DNA from: Cyanophora paradoxa CCMP329
Taxonomy: Eukaryota; Plantae; Glaucophyta
Direction: 5' to 3'
Length of the DNA: 64,000 nt
NCBI GenBank assembly: GCA_004431415.1
Contig: QPMI01000227.1
Location: 62,001 to 126,000 of the forward strand
The notes beneath the pieces were generated by a model. It ran no database searches. It worked only from the letters and a program-made list of their open reading frames with translations, and was not told where the DNA came from. A program made the position numbers and the translations under genes. Shown here piece by piece: positions 36,439 to 49,489 of the stretch (the first letter of the stretch is position 1; the number at the start of each line of letters is the position of its first letter).

Positions 36439-37496
36439 ATGCCGCAGAACGAGTACATAGAGCTCTTTCGGAAGAGGCATGGCTACAGACTGGACTACTT
36501 CGAGAGGCTGTGCGTGCATGCCGCGCAGAGCGTATGCGTTCGAAGGCCGATCGTGAAAAGCGCAGACGCAAGAAGGAAGCCCGCGCGCCGCACAAGCTCT
36601 CGGAGCATGTGCGCAAGATCCACGGATTGAAGGCGAAGCTCTTCGCGAAGAAGCGCTACGCGGAGAAGGTCCTCATGAAGCGCACGTATGCACACGAGCC
36701 CCTCTGGCGCGCATCGCGCAGCTCACACGCAACGCAGAATCCAAGCCCATCAGGAACGCACAAACAAGCACGCAAACAAGGATGCCGTGCCCGCCGGCGC
36801 CGTTCCCGCGTACCTGCTTGATCGTGAGGGCGTGTCTCGGGCGAAGGTCTGTCGACCCGCTCAGCGCGGATGTGAAGCCTCTGGGTCAAACGTGGTTATG
36901 TGCGCAGGTTCTTAGCAACACTATCAAGCAAAAGCGCAAGGAGAAGGCCGGGAAGTGGCAGGTCCCGCTTCCAAAAGTCCGCCCCATGGCCGAGGCAGAG
37001 GTTTTCAAGGTCATGCGCACTGGAAAGCGGAAGAGTGATCACCAACGCCGCCCGTCTGCAAAAAACTGCTCTCATTTATTGTGCAGATAAAATGTGGAAG
37101 CGTATGATTACCAAGGTCACATTCGTGGGACAGGGGTTCACCCGCAAGCCTCCCAAGTACGAACGGTTCATCAGGCCTATGGGCCTCCGCTTCAGTAAAG
37201 CGCACGTAACACACCCGGAGCTACAATGCACGTTTCACCTGGACATCCTTGGTGTTAAAAAGAACCCCTCATCTGCCCTCTACACGACTCTTGGTGTCAT
37301 CACAAAGGGAACCGTCATTGAGGTGCTCTGCCTGTAGTTATGTTCAAATTCGCCCCTGTAAATCTCTACGCGGCAGGTGAACGTCAGTGACCTGGGGCTC
37401 GTTACTCCTGGTGGCAAGGTTGTCTGGGGCAAATACGCACAGGTGACCAATAATCCCGAGAATGATGGCTGCATCAATGCCGTCCTCTTGGTGTAG
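36439..37496 (+). CDS. NSA2: Ribosome biogenesis protein NSA2
   Basis: [57 protein letters not shown]. Confidence 0.97.
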
Positions 37497-37757
37497 AGAC
37501 GGTTGCATCATTGCTGTCCTGTTGGCTTTTCACTGATCAAAATCCACCCCAGCCGCCAAAAGTGCGAAGCAACTGATTAAACTTTTCTACCGCCCCGCCA
37601 ACTTTTCTAAAGCTAGCCTCAGCATTTGGACACGTACTATAAAACTGCAATTCGAATTCCGGGCTAGAAGTGCAGGGTGTACACTGGCCAGCTGGGCCCT
37701 GCGTAACCCCCTATAGTTAAGGGCACTCTATTAAGCAATTGCAATAGCGGCCTCGCC

Positions 37758-37900
37758 TCAGATGCGCATTTGGACACATACTGAAAACGCAGGTCCGGGC
37801 TACAAGTGTGGGATGTACACTGCGGCCGCCGCGGCCGCGGGCCCAGCCCACCAGCGAACTGGCCGGCCGGACCCTGCGTGGCCCCCTAAGGAGAGTAACG
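37758..37900. repeat. Dispersed repeat copy, inverted relative to 44165-44328
   Basis: Reverse-complement match; partial copies at 37621-37703 and 40323-40403. Confidence 0.85.
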
Positions 37901-38109
37901 TGGCCCCCATTTCACAGTATCAGCTTTGGAATTCATCCCCGATGGAAAAAAATGCTTGACGCGGTTAAGAAAAAAAGGATTCCTGGGCAAATGGGACGGC
38001 AAACTGTATGTACAACTTGTTTTTTTCTCTACGTTAGCCCTGCATCCCTGATGGCGAAGCGGATCAAAAAAGACAAACACCAGAAGGGTATAGGGATGGG
38101 GTGTGGACT

Positions 38110-38984
38110 TCAATTGAGAAGCTTACCAACAGCCTGAGGCATGGTGGGCATTGTGGTGGCAGCCTTTGCCTCGGCACTGTTGGGATCGAGTGGCCGGCGG
38201 AAAAGAAGGATATGCGGCTCGGGCCTGTGAATCGCATCTAGTGAATGCGTAGAAATCACAAGTCAGCAAAGGGGCATGTATCAAAGAAAAAGAAACAAAT
38301 TGCGCCGCACAATGAATCCCTGTTAAGACCGAACGCGAGCGCGAGTTAGTGCACGGATCTGAAAAAACAGAAGAGGAGGTCGCGCACAGCCACGGCTCTG
38401 CTGAACACCAAGACTACGCCATTCTGCCTCCGTCAAAAGCCGCCCCTTGTAGGTCTGCTGGTAGATCTTCGCGATGTCTGCGAGGCGGTTGGCGCCGAAT
38501 GCCACGAGCTAAGAGCATCGCACCCTGGGGCAGGATGACATGGCTGTGCGTCCGGGCGCAAATGCGCAGCGTCAACTTCTCGCACTTGGGCAGCAGGAAC
38601 GGCAAGCGGTATGCCAAGCGCTCACCGATACTGTGCCACGCGATGCAGAGCCGGCCAAGCGGTCAGATACTGCGGATTATCTTACTAAACAAACACACCT
38701 CGAACACATCGTCTGCAACAACACGGTCAGCGCATGCAGGGACCGCGGCATTCTGAAGGCGGACCGAAGTACTTCTCGGAGTAAGATATCTGCGCAATAG
38801 AAAGATAGAGAGTTTACTCGTCTAGCAGAGCCTTCGTTCAAAGGGGGGGGGGGCCCGGGGAGAGTGCTCTGGATGGGGCTTGTTTGAAGTGCGGAACGTT
38901 CTAGCTGAGAGCCCACACACGCAGCGGGCGAGCCGAAACTGTTGAGCGCTCGGGAGGGCGCATGCGGACCGTGTTCTGCGGCAT
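38110..38984 (-). CDS. CKS1: Cyclin-dependent kinase regulatory subunit, built partly from micro-exons
   Basis: Spliced [59 protein letters not shown]. Confidence 0.93.
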
Positions 38985-39643
38985 GGTGCCCGCTGGCCGG
39001 TGTCAGCGCTGTGTTTTGCCTGAACCGCACCCAAGCAGCTCGTCCTGCGCCTGCGCTGCACAAGCCCGAAGGTGAACGATGAGCCCCACGGGCCCCTAAA
39101 GCAGCCGGGGATTGATCGGTGCGCGTACACTTTTCGGGGGGAGGGGTATCGGCTCAACCCGCAGGGTACATGATCTTGAAAGCGGTCTTCCTCGGGCGCG
39201 CGCGCCCGTCGCGATGTGCTTAAGCTTTGCGCGCTAATGTATGCATTGCTTAAGTCACGCACGATCCGCGTGGAGCGCAGTCTCGCGAGCCAGCGCTTGC
39301 CGCGCGCAGTGCGATTTCGAAGGAGGCCCGGCCGCGGGCCGGGCCGGTACATACGATAGCGCTCGAAATGCATGTAATCTTGGTCCTATGAGCATGATGT
39401 CGTTCCGCTGTGCGAGAAAGAATGCGAACGCGCACCGCTGAACGACATCATGCTCATAGGAACAAGATTCAGCTATAGCTATAGAAAGCGACACTTAGCT
39501 ATAGAAAGGTGCGTCCATCGCTGTTGTTGTTGCCGCCTGGCCGTTCCCCCCAACACCCGGAAGGGCCGTTCCCCCGAGGCCCGGAAGTGAAGTAACGCTC
39601 CACCCCTGCAAGGCCAAAGCCGCTCAGTTTAAATCGCGAGGGG

Positions 39644-40319
39644 ATGCTAGCGCTCAGGGCGGCGGCGTTGGGAATCCGTCGCGCAGCTACAGCTAGCGCA
39701 GCAAGGTTTCAGGTCCTGCCAAGCCAGCATGACGGAGACTGCACGGCGCGCTGGAACGCATGTGTAATGCCGCGCCGGCGCTACGGTGCGGACCCCAGCT
39801 CCTACGTTCAGCAGAAATGCTCAATTAGCGCTTCGCCCCTCCGTTGCGGACTTCTCTCGCGCGCTAACCCGCCCGCGCCGCAGCGAGCAGCGGCGGCGCG
39901 GGTTGGCCTTCAGATCGCATACATATCCGCGGTATGCTGTGCTACGGCAGGCACGGCGTGTTCGTCGAGGAACAGCGGCTGGGCCAGAAGTTCCTCGTGG
40001 ACGTGGAACTGGCTGTTGATCTCGAGCGCGCTGGATCAACCGACGACCTCAGCCTGACGGTAGACTACTCGCGCGTGTGCGAGCAAGTCAGGAGCGTCCT
40101 TGAAGGGCCCCCGCGACAATTAATCGGCATGTCGTCGTTTCTACTGCGAACCCCGTGCGATCTGACTGATCGCCAGAAACCGTGGCGACCGAGATCGCTG
40201 ATTCGGTGCTTCGGGAGCACAAGCTGGTTCAGGGCGTGCGTGTCGCTATCCAGAAACCACACGTTGCTGTTCCTCATGTTCTGGAGAGCCTGGGGGTGGA
40301 AATCACACGCTCTCGCTAA
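39644..40319 (+). CDS. folB: Dihydroneopterin aldolase with putative mitochondrial targeting peptide
   Basis: DRIHIRGMLCYGRHGVFVEEQRLGQKFLVD, SDDL-like STDDLSLTVDY, LIETVA, KPHV; Arg/Ala-rich N-terminus. Confidence 0.92.
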
Positions 40320-41307
40320 TCACCGCGGGCCCAGCCCACCAGCGTACTGGCCGGGCGCCAGACGGGCCCTGCGTGGCACACTACAGAGAGCAACGCGCCT
40401 CCCCATGGACGGGCTTTTAAGTTGACTAATCCATCGGGCTTTTGAGTTGGATCTGAGGGCGCCCGGCTTAAGCTTTTGATTTGGAATTGGACCTTTGACC
40501 GCGACTTTGATTTGGATCTGATGATCTGACGGCTGCAGCTGGCAGACGGTCGGACTCTGATCATGAGAGCTGAGGCCGAGAGCTGATCATGAGGGTGGCA
40601 CGGCTCGCGCTTAAGCTTTCAAGTTTGATTTGGATTTGGACCGTCAGACCCTTGATCTCGACTTCGATTTGGATCTGAGCCTCGGAGGCTGGCAGACTCT
40701 GAGAGCTCAGCGGCTGAGGCCGGGGCGGCCGCGGGGGCTTTGAGTTGGATCTGAGGGCGCCTGGCTCTGAGGCTGGCAGAGCTGCAGCTGGGGCGGGGCT
40801 TTGCTACAGACTCTGAGATGCGGCATCGGGTCCCGGAGTCCAGGGGCAGCGGGGCCGTCTCATGGCAGTGGGGGGAAGCCTGCACCTGACGAGCTCAGAG
40901 AGACGATTTGAGGTCGGATGCCTCGGCGAGGTTGAGTTGGATTTGGGCCATTGGTTGCGACCGTTGGACTTTGACTTGGATCTGAGGACTCTACAGCTGC
41001 AGACTCTGAGGTGAAGCTTTAAAAATTTACTATAGCTATAGCTATAGCTACAGCTGCAGTTGCGGCATCGTGTCCAGCCTGGCAGGTGCCACGGTGTGGT
41101 GGCCACATGGGCCCGGGGGCGTTTCATGGCTATGAGGGCGTTGCATTAGCACATCAGTACAACAATGAAGTTGTAACGTCGCCGTCGGACCATATATATA
41201 CCCTTATGATCAATGAAAACTAAATCCAGGCCTAGGAAGAGAATATGCATATGAGGACACTCGTGTGCTGCATATGCATGCATGTGCTGTGCCTATATAT
41301 AGCTAAT

Positions 41308-41585
41308 TAGCCCTGCCAATTTCGGAAATCCGGGTCGGCGAACGAAATTCCTGTTCTCTCTCTATAATGTCCGTACCCCGTGTTCATCGTGGATCAATTC
41401 TCGCACACACCTCGACAGTGACGTCACGCAATTTTCCATCGAGTTCTAGCCCTGCCAATTTCGGAAATCCGGGTCGGCGAACGAAATTCCTGTTCTCTCT
41501 CTATAATGTCCGTACCCCGTGTTCATCGTGGATCAATTCTCGCACACACCTCGACAGTGACGTCACGCAATTTTCCATCGAGTTC
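41308..41585. repeat. Tandem duplication of a 139-bp unit
   Basis: 41308-41446 matches 41447-41585. Confidence 0.9.
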
Positions 41586-41683
41586 TCTCATGGATCAAAT
41601 CTCAGACTTCTACGCCGACATGTCCGGACGTCTCGAGGAATTCCGATCGTGGCTTCTCGAGGGAGACCGCTCTCCCATGGCCG

Positions 41684-42094
41684 CAGGGCTGTCAAAATTT
41701 TACCCCCCCAAAATGGACCAGAAAATTTTGAGGAATATTCCGGGAACGTTCCCGGAATATTCCACCATACAAAATCCTGGAAAATTCTCAATACCGTGCG
41801 CTGCGCACCGCAGACGCCCTTTCAAAGCTGCGAAGCACTAAGATAACATCACAACAAGCATTCTGAGAGACAGTATACAGCCATCTGGAGCTTGGAGACG
41901 GAAATGCAAGGCCCGTGGTGGGGTCAGAAGGGGGGGAGGGGGCGCAGAAAAGGGATGAAAATGAATAAAATAATCATTAAACTATATTCAATTTCCTAAA
42001 ATTTTCCCCCTGCAAACGGGACGCGAAAATTTTCCCAAAATTTTCTAATATTCCGGGAACGTTCCAGGCTGGAATATTCCGGCTGACAGCCCTG
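41684..42094. mobile_element. Non-autonomous hAT-type MITE (411 bp)
   Basis: 11-bp TIR CAGGGCTGTCA/TGACAGCCCTG; 8-bp TSD CATGGCCG at 41676-41683 and 42095-42102. Confidence 0.92.
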
Positions 42095-42214
42095 CATGGC
42101 CGTCGCGCGAATATCGAATTTCGGCTCTCCAGTGGGCGTCACGCGAAATCGAATTTCTCTCGCGAACTAATCCCGGTATTTATACCCCGGTTCGATCGCG
42201 AAACTCCAAAAAGT

Positions 42215-42830
42215 GGGACCCGGTCCCGCCCGGTCCCGCGACGAAAGCGCGCCAGGAACGCCCCAGAGCGGTACAGAATGAGAGCCGACGGCGCGCGCAC
42301 CGCTGCAAGCTCGATTTCGGGCGCCGCCGACACTGCAGTGCGAAGAGTCGGCGGAAACTTTGACCCAGCCGGTCCCGCCCGGTCCCGCGACGGGCGCAAT
42401 CGATGCGTACTCACGCGCATAGACATAGCACGGCCTGCGCACTCCAGCGATCTGCTTTTCGGAGCCGGAACAGTGCAGCAAGGCACCCGGCGGCGAAAAT
42501 TCGATCCTGCACAGGCCCGGACATCTTTCCGCGCGCCCACGCCGCGGCGCATGCGCGGAACAATAGTATAAGCATTCGAGATGTAGACAAATCCTTCCGC
42601 GCGCTTTGCAGATGCGCCGGACCGCGAGGACCCAGCCGACCCCAAGAATTCGATCCTCGACAAACCTGCCCATCTTTCCGCGCGCCCTCGCATCCTCACG
42701 CATGCCCATTGGTACAGTATTCATTTGAGAGCTTTTCCAAGCTCTCTGGGGGCGAAAGAGCACAAGAACCCAGCCGATGCCAAATTTTCGATCCTGCACA
42801 GGCCTGCACATATTTCCGTGCGCCCTCGCC
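42215..42830. repeat. Iterated motifs (CCGGTCCCGCCCGGTCCCGCGACG x2; AATT(TT)CGATCCT x3), likely transposon subterminal repeats
   Basis: Read directly; function inferred. Confidence 0.6.
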
Positions 42831-44037
42831 TCCGCAGCCCTCCACGTTGATAGTATATGCATTCTAAGAGATTCGCAAGCTCTACGCATGTGCATGCGCC
42901 TGGCCGCGGGAACCTCGCTCCTCCCCTTCATATGCATAATGAGGAGCTCGAGCGCTAGCTATAGCTCGAGGTGAGACCTATAGCTAGGCCTGAGGGGGGA
43001 AATATATATATATATATTCCCCCCCTAGATCTCACCTAGCTAGAGCTCGAGCTCCGCCGACCAATATATATATTCCCCCCTAGATGTCACCTCGAGCTCG
43101 AGCTCCACCTACCAATATATGGCGGCGATGAATAAGGTGGCGGCGGGCCCGGGGGGGGGGCTTCGAAAAAGCCCAACCTTTCGGACACGCAAGCTTAATT
43201 ATAAGGGCCCACAGCTTATATAATTATTCAGTTAGGCCCGGCTCGGCGGTGTATACGTACATGCATATATACATGTACACATGTAGAGGCGCGGCGAGGG
43301 GCTGCGACTCTAGCCTGCGAGGGCCTGGCGGAAGCGCGGCGCGCAGCTGCAGCCGCCGGCCGCCCTGGCTGCCGGGCTCGCCGGGCGGAGCGCAGCCTCG
43401 GAGCACGGCGGCCTGGCGGCATGACTTGGTGGACGGGGTGGGGGCTCGCCGGGCGGAGCAGAGGCGCGTGGGGCAGCCGCCGGGCGCCGTGACTCGCCGG
43501 GTGGGGCGCAGCCTCGGAGCGCGGCAGCTCGCGGGGGGGCTCAGCCATGGCAGAGCAGAGGAGGCCCAGCACGGAGGCGGCGGATCCGGAGCAGCGTGCA
43601 GCCTACGGTGCAGGGCCAGGTCTACGCCTACCAAGCGCTGCAGCTGCCCGCTAAGCCTCATTGACGCTAAGACACTCGGACAGACAGGGAGGCTGAGGGA
43701 GCAGGCATGCATTGGCAGGGCTTACCACACGTGAGTGTGGGCTTGTTAAACATCTAGTTAGACTAATTGCAACCGTTGAACTGTATTTAAAAATTTCTAC
43801 TTTACTAAGTTAATTTTAACCGTTGAACGGCCGGGCTGGGCCTGCGCATGCACTGCGGCAACGCGTACGGTACTGTACATGTGGCATGGGCAATTGCAAG
43901 AGCTGCAGTCCAGCCTGGCACTGCGGCAGCCGCTGAGCCCATCGTGGCACTAGCACTGTTACGTACTATAAAGACCTTTAAATTCGATTTCGATCTGAAC
44001 CTTTTCGCCTCCCGTCCGCAGGCTGACTCCATGTCGG

Positions 44038-44328
44038 GCCCCCCAGGGCCTGTAGGGGCTCCCGACACCTCCCCGAGACGACCCCCGCCGCCACAAGACG
44101 CGATGCAGCACCACGCCGTGCGGGCACCTGCATCTATAGCTAGCCAGAGTGTCCGCGGGGAGGCGCATTACTCTCCTGAGGGGCCACGCAGGGCCCGGCT
44201 GTCCGAGCGTGAGCTTGGTGGGGGCCAGTTCGCTGGTGGGCTGGGCCCGCGGCCGCGGCGGCCGCAGTGTACATCCCACACTTGTATCCCGGACCTGCGT
44301 TTTCAGTACGTGTCCAAATGCGATCTGC
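44038..44328. repeat. Longest copy of the dispersed repeat family
   Basis: Matches 26955-27230 (direct) and 37758-37900 (inverted). Confidence 0.85.
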
Positions 44329-44360
44329 TCAATTTCCTCAGCCTACATCGCCCGTCAACT

Positions 44361-46251
44361 TCAATCGGCATTCGAGGCTGGGCCAGCGTCCGCTGTGCCT
44401 TCGGGGGAAGAGGCAGGACCGCCCTCGAAGAGGACCAGCTTCGAGTGCAGCTCTGATGACGACACCCAAGGCCTACTCCAGTAATCCCCAGTGAATGCCC
44501 AGCCATCCTCGCCCTCCTTCTGCATATAATGGCTCGCTCAAACTGGAAAGGAAAAAAGGCTGCAATGAAAAAACCATACCTTGAACCAACGGGGCACCCA
44601 CTGCTCAGCGGCAGCCTCACGGGCGCGACGCTCAGCACGTTGTTTCTCTTCAAGGCGATGCTTCTCAGAGCCCGCCAGCGAGGATTCTCCCTTTTGCAGA
44701 GCCCGGCGATCGGGCCGAATGCGGGAGTCAGTGGGAGGAAGCTCCTTCTCGCACTCGGGATCCAAAGCTGTAGGGGTAGATAAGTGAAAATTTCACAATG
44801 ATATTTCCTGCAAAACTTGCGCACAATTGAGCTCTTCCGTGAAGTCGGTGAAACGCCACCTTCGGCTGCACTTAGCATCGCAAATCGCTGATTTGACCAC
44901 ACAGACATGCACTTGTTCTGTGTCTTGGGCTTGCCCTGCCAGAGTGTGAAGGGCTCGCCATCCGGGTTCCGACCATCATCCGCAACGCGCTGTGCTGTGA
45001 GCACCTCGTTCCAGCGCCCTTCCAGAGCGATCCTAGGTTATCCTTTTTAGAGTTTGGATGCAAAGAAAGGCAGAGGAGCTCACCGTGGCGCTCCGTTTTC
45101 ATCGTAAACACCGCCCTCGATTGCGTGCCACTGCGCAGATCCCCAGCCGCACTTTTTGAAGTGCAGCACCGCCTTGGCAGCGTGCTTATCGCAGGTGACA
45201 GTAACAGTGCCGTAGTGATCGATCCAGGTCGAACCCAGCAAGAGGTTGTGTACACACGTACTGTTGCGATCAAATCAAAACCGGAATGAACGATACGCCC
45301 CACTTCGAAAAACTCACGTCGGAGTCGTCCATGTGAACGTTTCTGCCTCTTTCGTGAACGTAATGGATCTAGAGCCGGACTGGCTCGTATAGATTTCAAT
45401 GGAGTTGCCAAAGAACTTGGTCTTTGGATTCGAAGTCTCCTTCAGCACCCAGCCTTCGCCAGTGCAGTGCGCGGCGCCAACCGGAGGATGGTGGCTAACC
45501 TGTGCGCGGCTTAAGGACAAGCGGGTCGCTGGAAGAGAACACCCGACCACGAACCTGCTCCGCAATGTAGCGGACCTTCTTATCCTTGCGAATAAACTCG
45601 AAGGTTTCTCCGAGGATGGGGTTGAACGGCTTGCCTGCAACAACGGCGGCTCGGACTGCGCATCCGAGCCAAACAGAGAAGCAAGCAAACGAAATGAACC
45701 GAAGCGTTCAGTGTGGTGAAACACGGAGACCGCAAAGGCAGCCACGTAAGCCAGCCGATCGATCGGCTTGTCGCATGCGGCAGCCTGGATGACGGCGACT
45801 TAGCGAGCTAACAACGCGGCAACGGAGCGCGCAAGCGCGAGCACCTTGTCGAGGAGCTCTGAATACTCCAGCATCTCACACTGGCGCTGGAGCGCTGTCG
45901 TCGGCTCGAATGCCCAAATGGGGAGCGAAAAGGAGATTGCCAGGACGTCGGTCCCAACAAACGATGACCATTTCTTCCACTGCTCGCGCACGTTCGCTTC
46001 ACCAGCGGCGTGCAGCAACGCGTTGGCGGTCTCCTCGTTTGAGTCATCTGGATTCTCCACCTCCAGGTCCTCGTATCTGCGTAGCGGGTCGCTGTCGACA
46101 ACCTGCGGCGGTCGCGCGCGCTGGGTGCAGCGCACCCGAGGTACGACTTGACGGAGGGCGGCAGATAGTCCACTCCCGCCGAGACCGCGCCTTTCATCAT
46201 GGAGAAGGCGCCGCCCGCCAGGCTCTTCCCGGCATTGACGAAAAACGACAT
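44361..46251 (-). CDS. Short oxysterol-binding protein-related protein (ORP/Osh)
   Basis: SLPIWAFEP, KPFNPILGETF, signature EQVSHHPP, PTDSRIRPD, KHRLEEKQR. Confidence 0.93.
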
Positions 46252-46827
46252 CGAGAAACGCTCTGCGCCTACAGCTACGAGATCGCCCGCTGTCGAACAG
46301 TCGATTCTGAGTCAAAGACGTTCGGGGTACAAGCCTTTTCTGGTGAACGTTCCGCAGCCCCGGGGGGCCCGACATGAAGTCAGCCTGCGGTGGGCGCCGG
46401 GGGGCGCGAAAAGGGGTCAGAACGGCCGGGCCGGCAACGGCGAGGGCCGCACTCTCCTATGCGTAGCCCAGACATGCGTAGTACACAGCTAGCTATAGCT
46501 CTGTCTACGCTGAACGCAGCCCCCTCTCGATCGAGGAAGCATGACATGCACATGTGCAGCCCACATGTGGGTCACGGATGCAGCTAGCTATTTATAGCTG
46601 GCGCCGGCCGCTAGCTTGTGTGTCTTCCCTGAACGCAGAACTAGACAATAGCGCTGTGTGACTCTCTTTGGGCATGCACTCGCCAAGCGCTTACATTCCT
46701 CGGGTGTCACGGGCGGGCCTTGCGGGGATGGAGCGTTACTTCCCTTCTGGGCGTTGTGGGGGGAACGGCCAGGCCGGCAAGAACATCAGCAATGTGAGGT
46801 CACAGATGCAGCTAGCTAACCAAATCT

Positions 46828-48266
46828 TTACAGATATCCTTTTGCACATGCAAGCTCCGCGTTCAGGATGGAGCCACCAGCAGCACCAATGACAGTGTTG
46901 TGCGAGAGGAGGACGAACTTGATGTCGAAGAGCGGGCACTCGCGAACACGTCCAACCGTCACCGTGTAGCCACTGTTTGCCTCTCGATCCAGGCGCGGCT
47001 GTGGCCTGTCCTTCTCACTGCGGACAATGATGTGCTGCTTTGGGAGAGATGGAAGGTTCATCTTTTCCAGGTCCGGTGTCGAGTAATTCCTCAACACCTG
47101 AATGAATATACAACATCACAGGTCGGCTTGACCTTGCCATGGGAAGAAGCAGACCTCTTCAACCTCCGCAGCAGTGGCCTTCTTCTTCAGCTTGAGAGAC
47201 ACACACTCCGTGTGGCCATCAATCACGTGAACTCGGTTGCAGTGTGCGCTGTGCAATACGAATTAATTGAAGTCGGAGGCGATTGAAGCTTGCACCTACC
47301 TGAGCTTCATGTTCGCATCGACGAAGGCATTGCCGTCCCATCCGCCAAGAATCTTGTTCGGCTCAGCCTCTACCTTGGGTTCCTCACCATCGATAAAGGG
47401 CACGACGTTATCTGTGATGTCGAGGGAGGCCACGCCAGGGTAGCCTGCCCCAGAAATAGCCTAAAGGCGCAATGTCGGACATCGGAGAACGATTCGCGGT
47501 CAAAAGCTCACCTGCATAGTAACAACGAAGCATTGATCGATGCCAAATGCCTCCGCAATCGGCTTCAGCGCAATGACGAGGCCGGTGCTGGAGCAGTTCG
47601 CATTGGTGACGATGAAGCCGCGCTTGTAACCATGGTTCTGGCGCTGCTTGACGACGGAGTCCACGTGCGATGCGTTGACGTTCGGAATGAGAATGGGTAC
47701 GTCAGCATCGTAGCGGTGGTTCTTGGCGTTACTGAATACGGCAATATCGCTGCGGAATCAAGCGGCAGGATCGGTTCCAGCGCGCAGCGCCTTCGACGGA
47801 CGCTCCCGCACCTCTTAGCGAACGCCACCTCGACCTCGCCGGCAACGTTGCTGTCGAGCCCTGAAAAGACGAGGTCGCAGCCCCGGAAGAGCTCGGGCTT
47901 GCACTCGCAGATCACGAGGTCCGCGACGGATGCCGGGATCGGACTGGACTGCTTCCAGCGCACGACATCCTTGTACTTTTTACCCGCAGAGGCCTCGGAC
48001 GCGCCGAGGTGCGTGACCGTGAACCTGCGGCAGCGGTCCACATCAGTCACGGCCAAGCTCGAGATACGTGCTAGCGCTCACCACGGGTGATCCTTGAGCA
48101 GCACTATGAACTGCACCCGAGCGCCTGGAGTCAACAACAGGAAAAACCGCGCAAAAAGGCAGCGCTCTAGGTCCACCGCTGCGACCCTAGCGGCGGCGGA
48201 AACACTCGCCTTCTGGCCAACCGTTCCTGTCGCGCCAAGGATTCCGACCGAGTACTTGCGCGTCAT
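46828..48266 (-). CDS. asd: Aspartate-semialdehyde dehydrogenase (fungal/archaeal type)
   Basis: [43 protein letters not shown]. Confidence 0.95.
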
Positions 48267-48476
48267 TCCCGCTCTTTCCGGAGGCTGAAGAGAATCGGCC
48301 CAACCCGCGGGGTACAGGGTCTCGAAGCCCCGGTCTTTGCTACATGCAAAGCTGCGAGTGAGCCGTGCGTGTATCGTGAACAGCAAGCGCATTATCCTGC
48401 CGGCGTGCGGCGAGCCCTGTGGCGGTGCCGCGTTGGAACGGCGAGCCCCGCGCTACACGGCTCCGAGCGCGACGCG

Positions 48477-49211
48477 ATGGGGCATTTCTGGTCTCGCCAG
48501 AAGCCCTCGGAGACGGCCGATGAAGGCACTCAGCTGTGCGCACCGTCGACGCCCCCGCACCGCCGCCGCCCTCACGCGCTCGCCGACAGGCCGCCGATCA
48601 ACCTGTACGACGGGCTCACGCTGAAGCGCATTCTCGACGACGCTGCGGCTCGTGTGGTTCTCGAAGCGGGCTACCCGGACGACCTCTCCATCAGCAACTG
48701 GAAGCTGGGTCTCGGCGTGTTGGCGTGCCTGTTCGCCCTTGTCGCCCACGTGTTTCCTGGCCCGTTCCCGACGAATCGCACGGCGCTTGCGCTCTGTTGC
48801 ATCGGCTACTTCGCGTGCAGCTTCGGCCTTACGTTGCTGAGCATGGCGAAGGAGCGCGACTGCATCCTGCTGACGGGCCCCAAGCGCTCGACGGCTGGCC
48901 CTACGAAGTACGGCGTGGACGCCGGCGTTGGGTTGCGTCTCCGATCCCGCTTGCCTCGGTACAGCGAAACCTACTCTCTAGTCCTGGAACCGAACGACGG
49001 GCATGGCTGGCATATGCCCTCGCTGAACCCACTGCGGCTTCTCGGAATTTCCAGCGGTGGCGACGCGGGGCCGCTGGAGCCGGGGGCACCCTTCCGCCTC
49101 GAGAAGCGTGTCGGCAGCGTATTCGACGCTGGTGGGGGCTTCTGCGAAGTGGAGTTTGAAGCGGAGGTCGCCAAACTCCTCGCAGCTTTCGAAAGCAAGA
49201 AAGCGGCTTAG
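48477..49211 (+). CDS. SPCS2: Signal peptidase complex subunit 2 (SPC25)
   Basis: INLYDGLTLKRILDDA, two TM helices, YF, RYSETY, VFDAGG. Confidence 0.85.
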   Translation: MGHFWSRQKPSETADEGTQLCAPSTPPHRRRPHALADRPPINLYDGLTLKRILDDAAARVVLEAGYPDDLSISNWKLGLGVLACLFALVAHVFPGPFPTNRTALALCCIGYFACSFGLTLLSMAKERDCILLTGPKRSTAGPTKYGVDAGVGLRLRSRLPRYSETYSLVLEPNDGHGWHMPSLNPLRLLGISSGGDAGPLEPGAPFRLEKRVGSVFDAGGGFCEVEFEAEVAKLLAAFESKKAA

Positions 49212-49489
49212 CGCCCTTCTTGCAGTTTCTGTCAGCGCTTTTGACTTCGATTTTGATTGGCGATTTCGATTAGGAAGTTGAGAATAGGACGATTTGAGAA
49301 TAGGGGCAGGGCGGGGCCCACATGCACGCGGGGCAAAAATATTACTCAATATCCAGACCCGTGCCCCAAGCTAAGGTCCAGCCCCCGCCCCGTAGCCCAA
49401 ATCGATTCCGTTCACAAATGTGCTGCAGCAGGCGCATGTGCATTCGATTTCCAGTTGGATTTCACGTGTCACGATTAAATGCGAAGGCA

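Noticed and set aside
43224-43734. Overlapping ~160-aa ORFs
   Set aside because: No recognisable motif; lies at the edge of a repeat island
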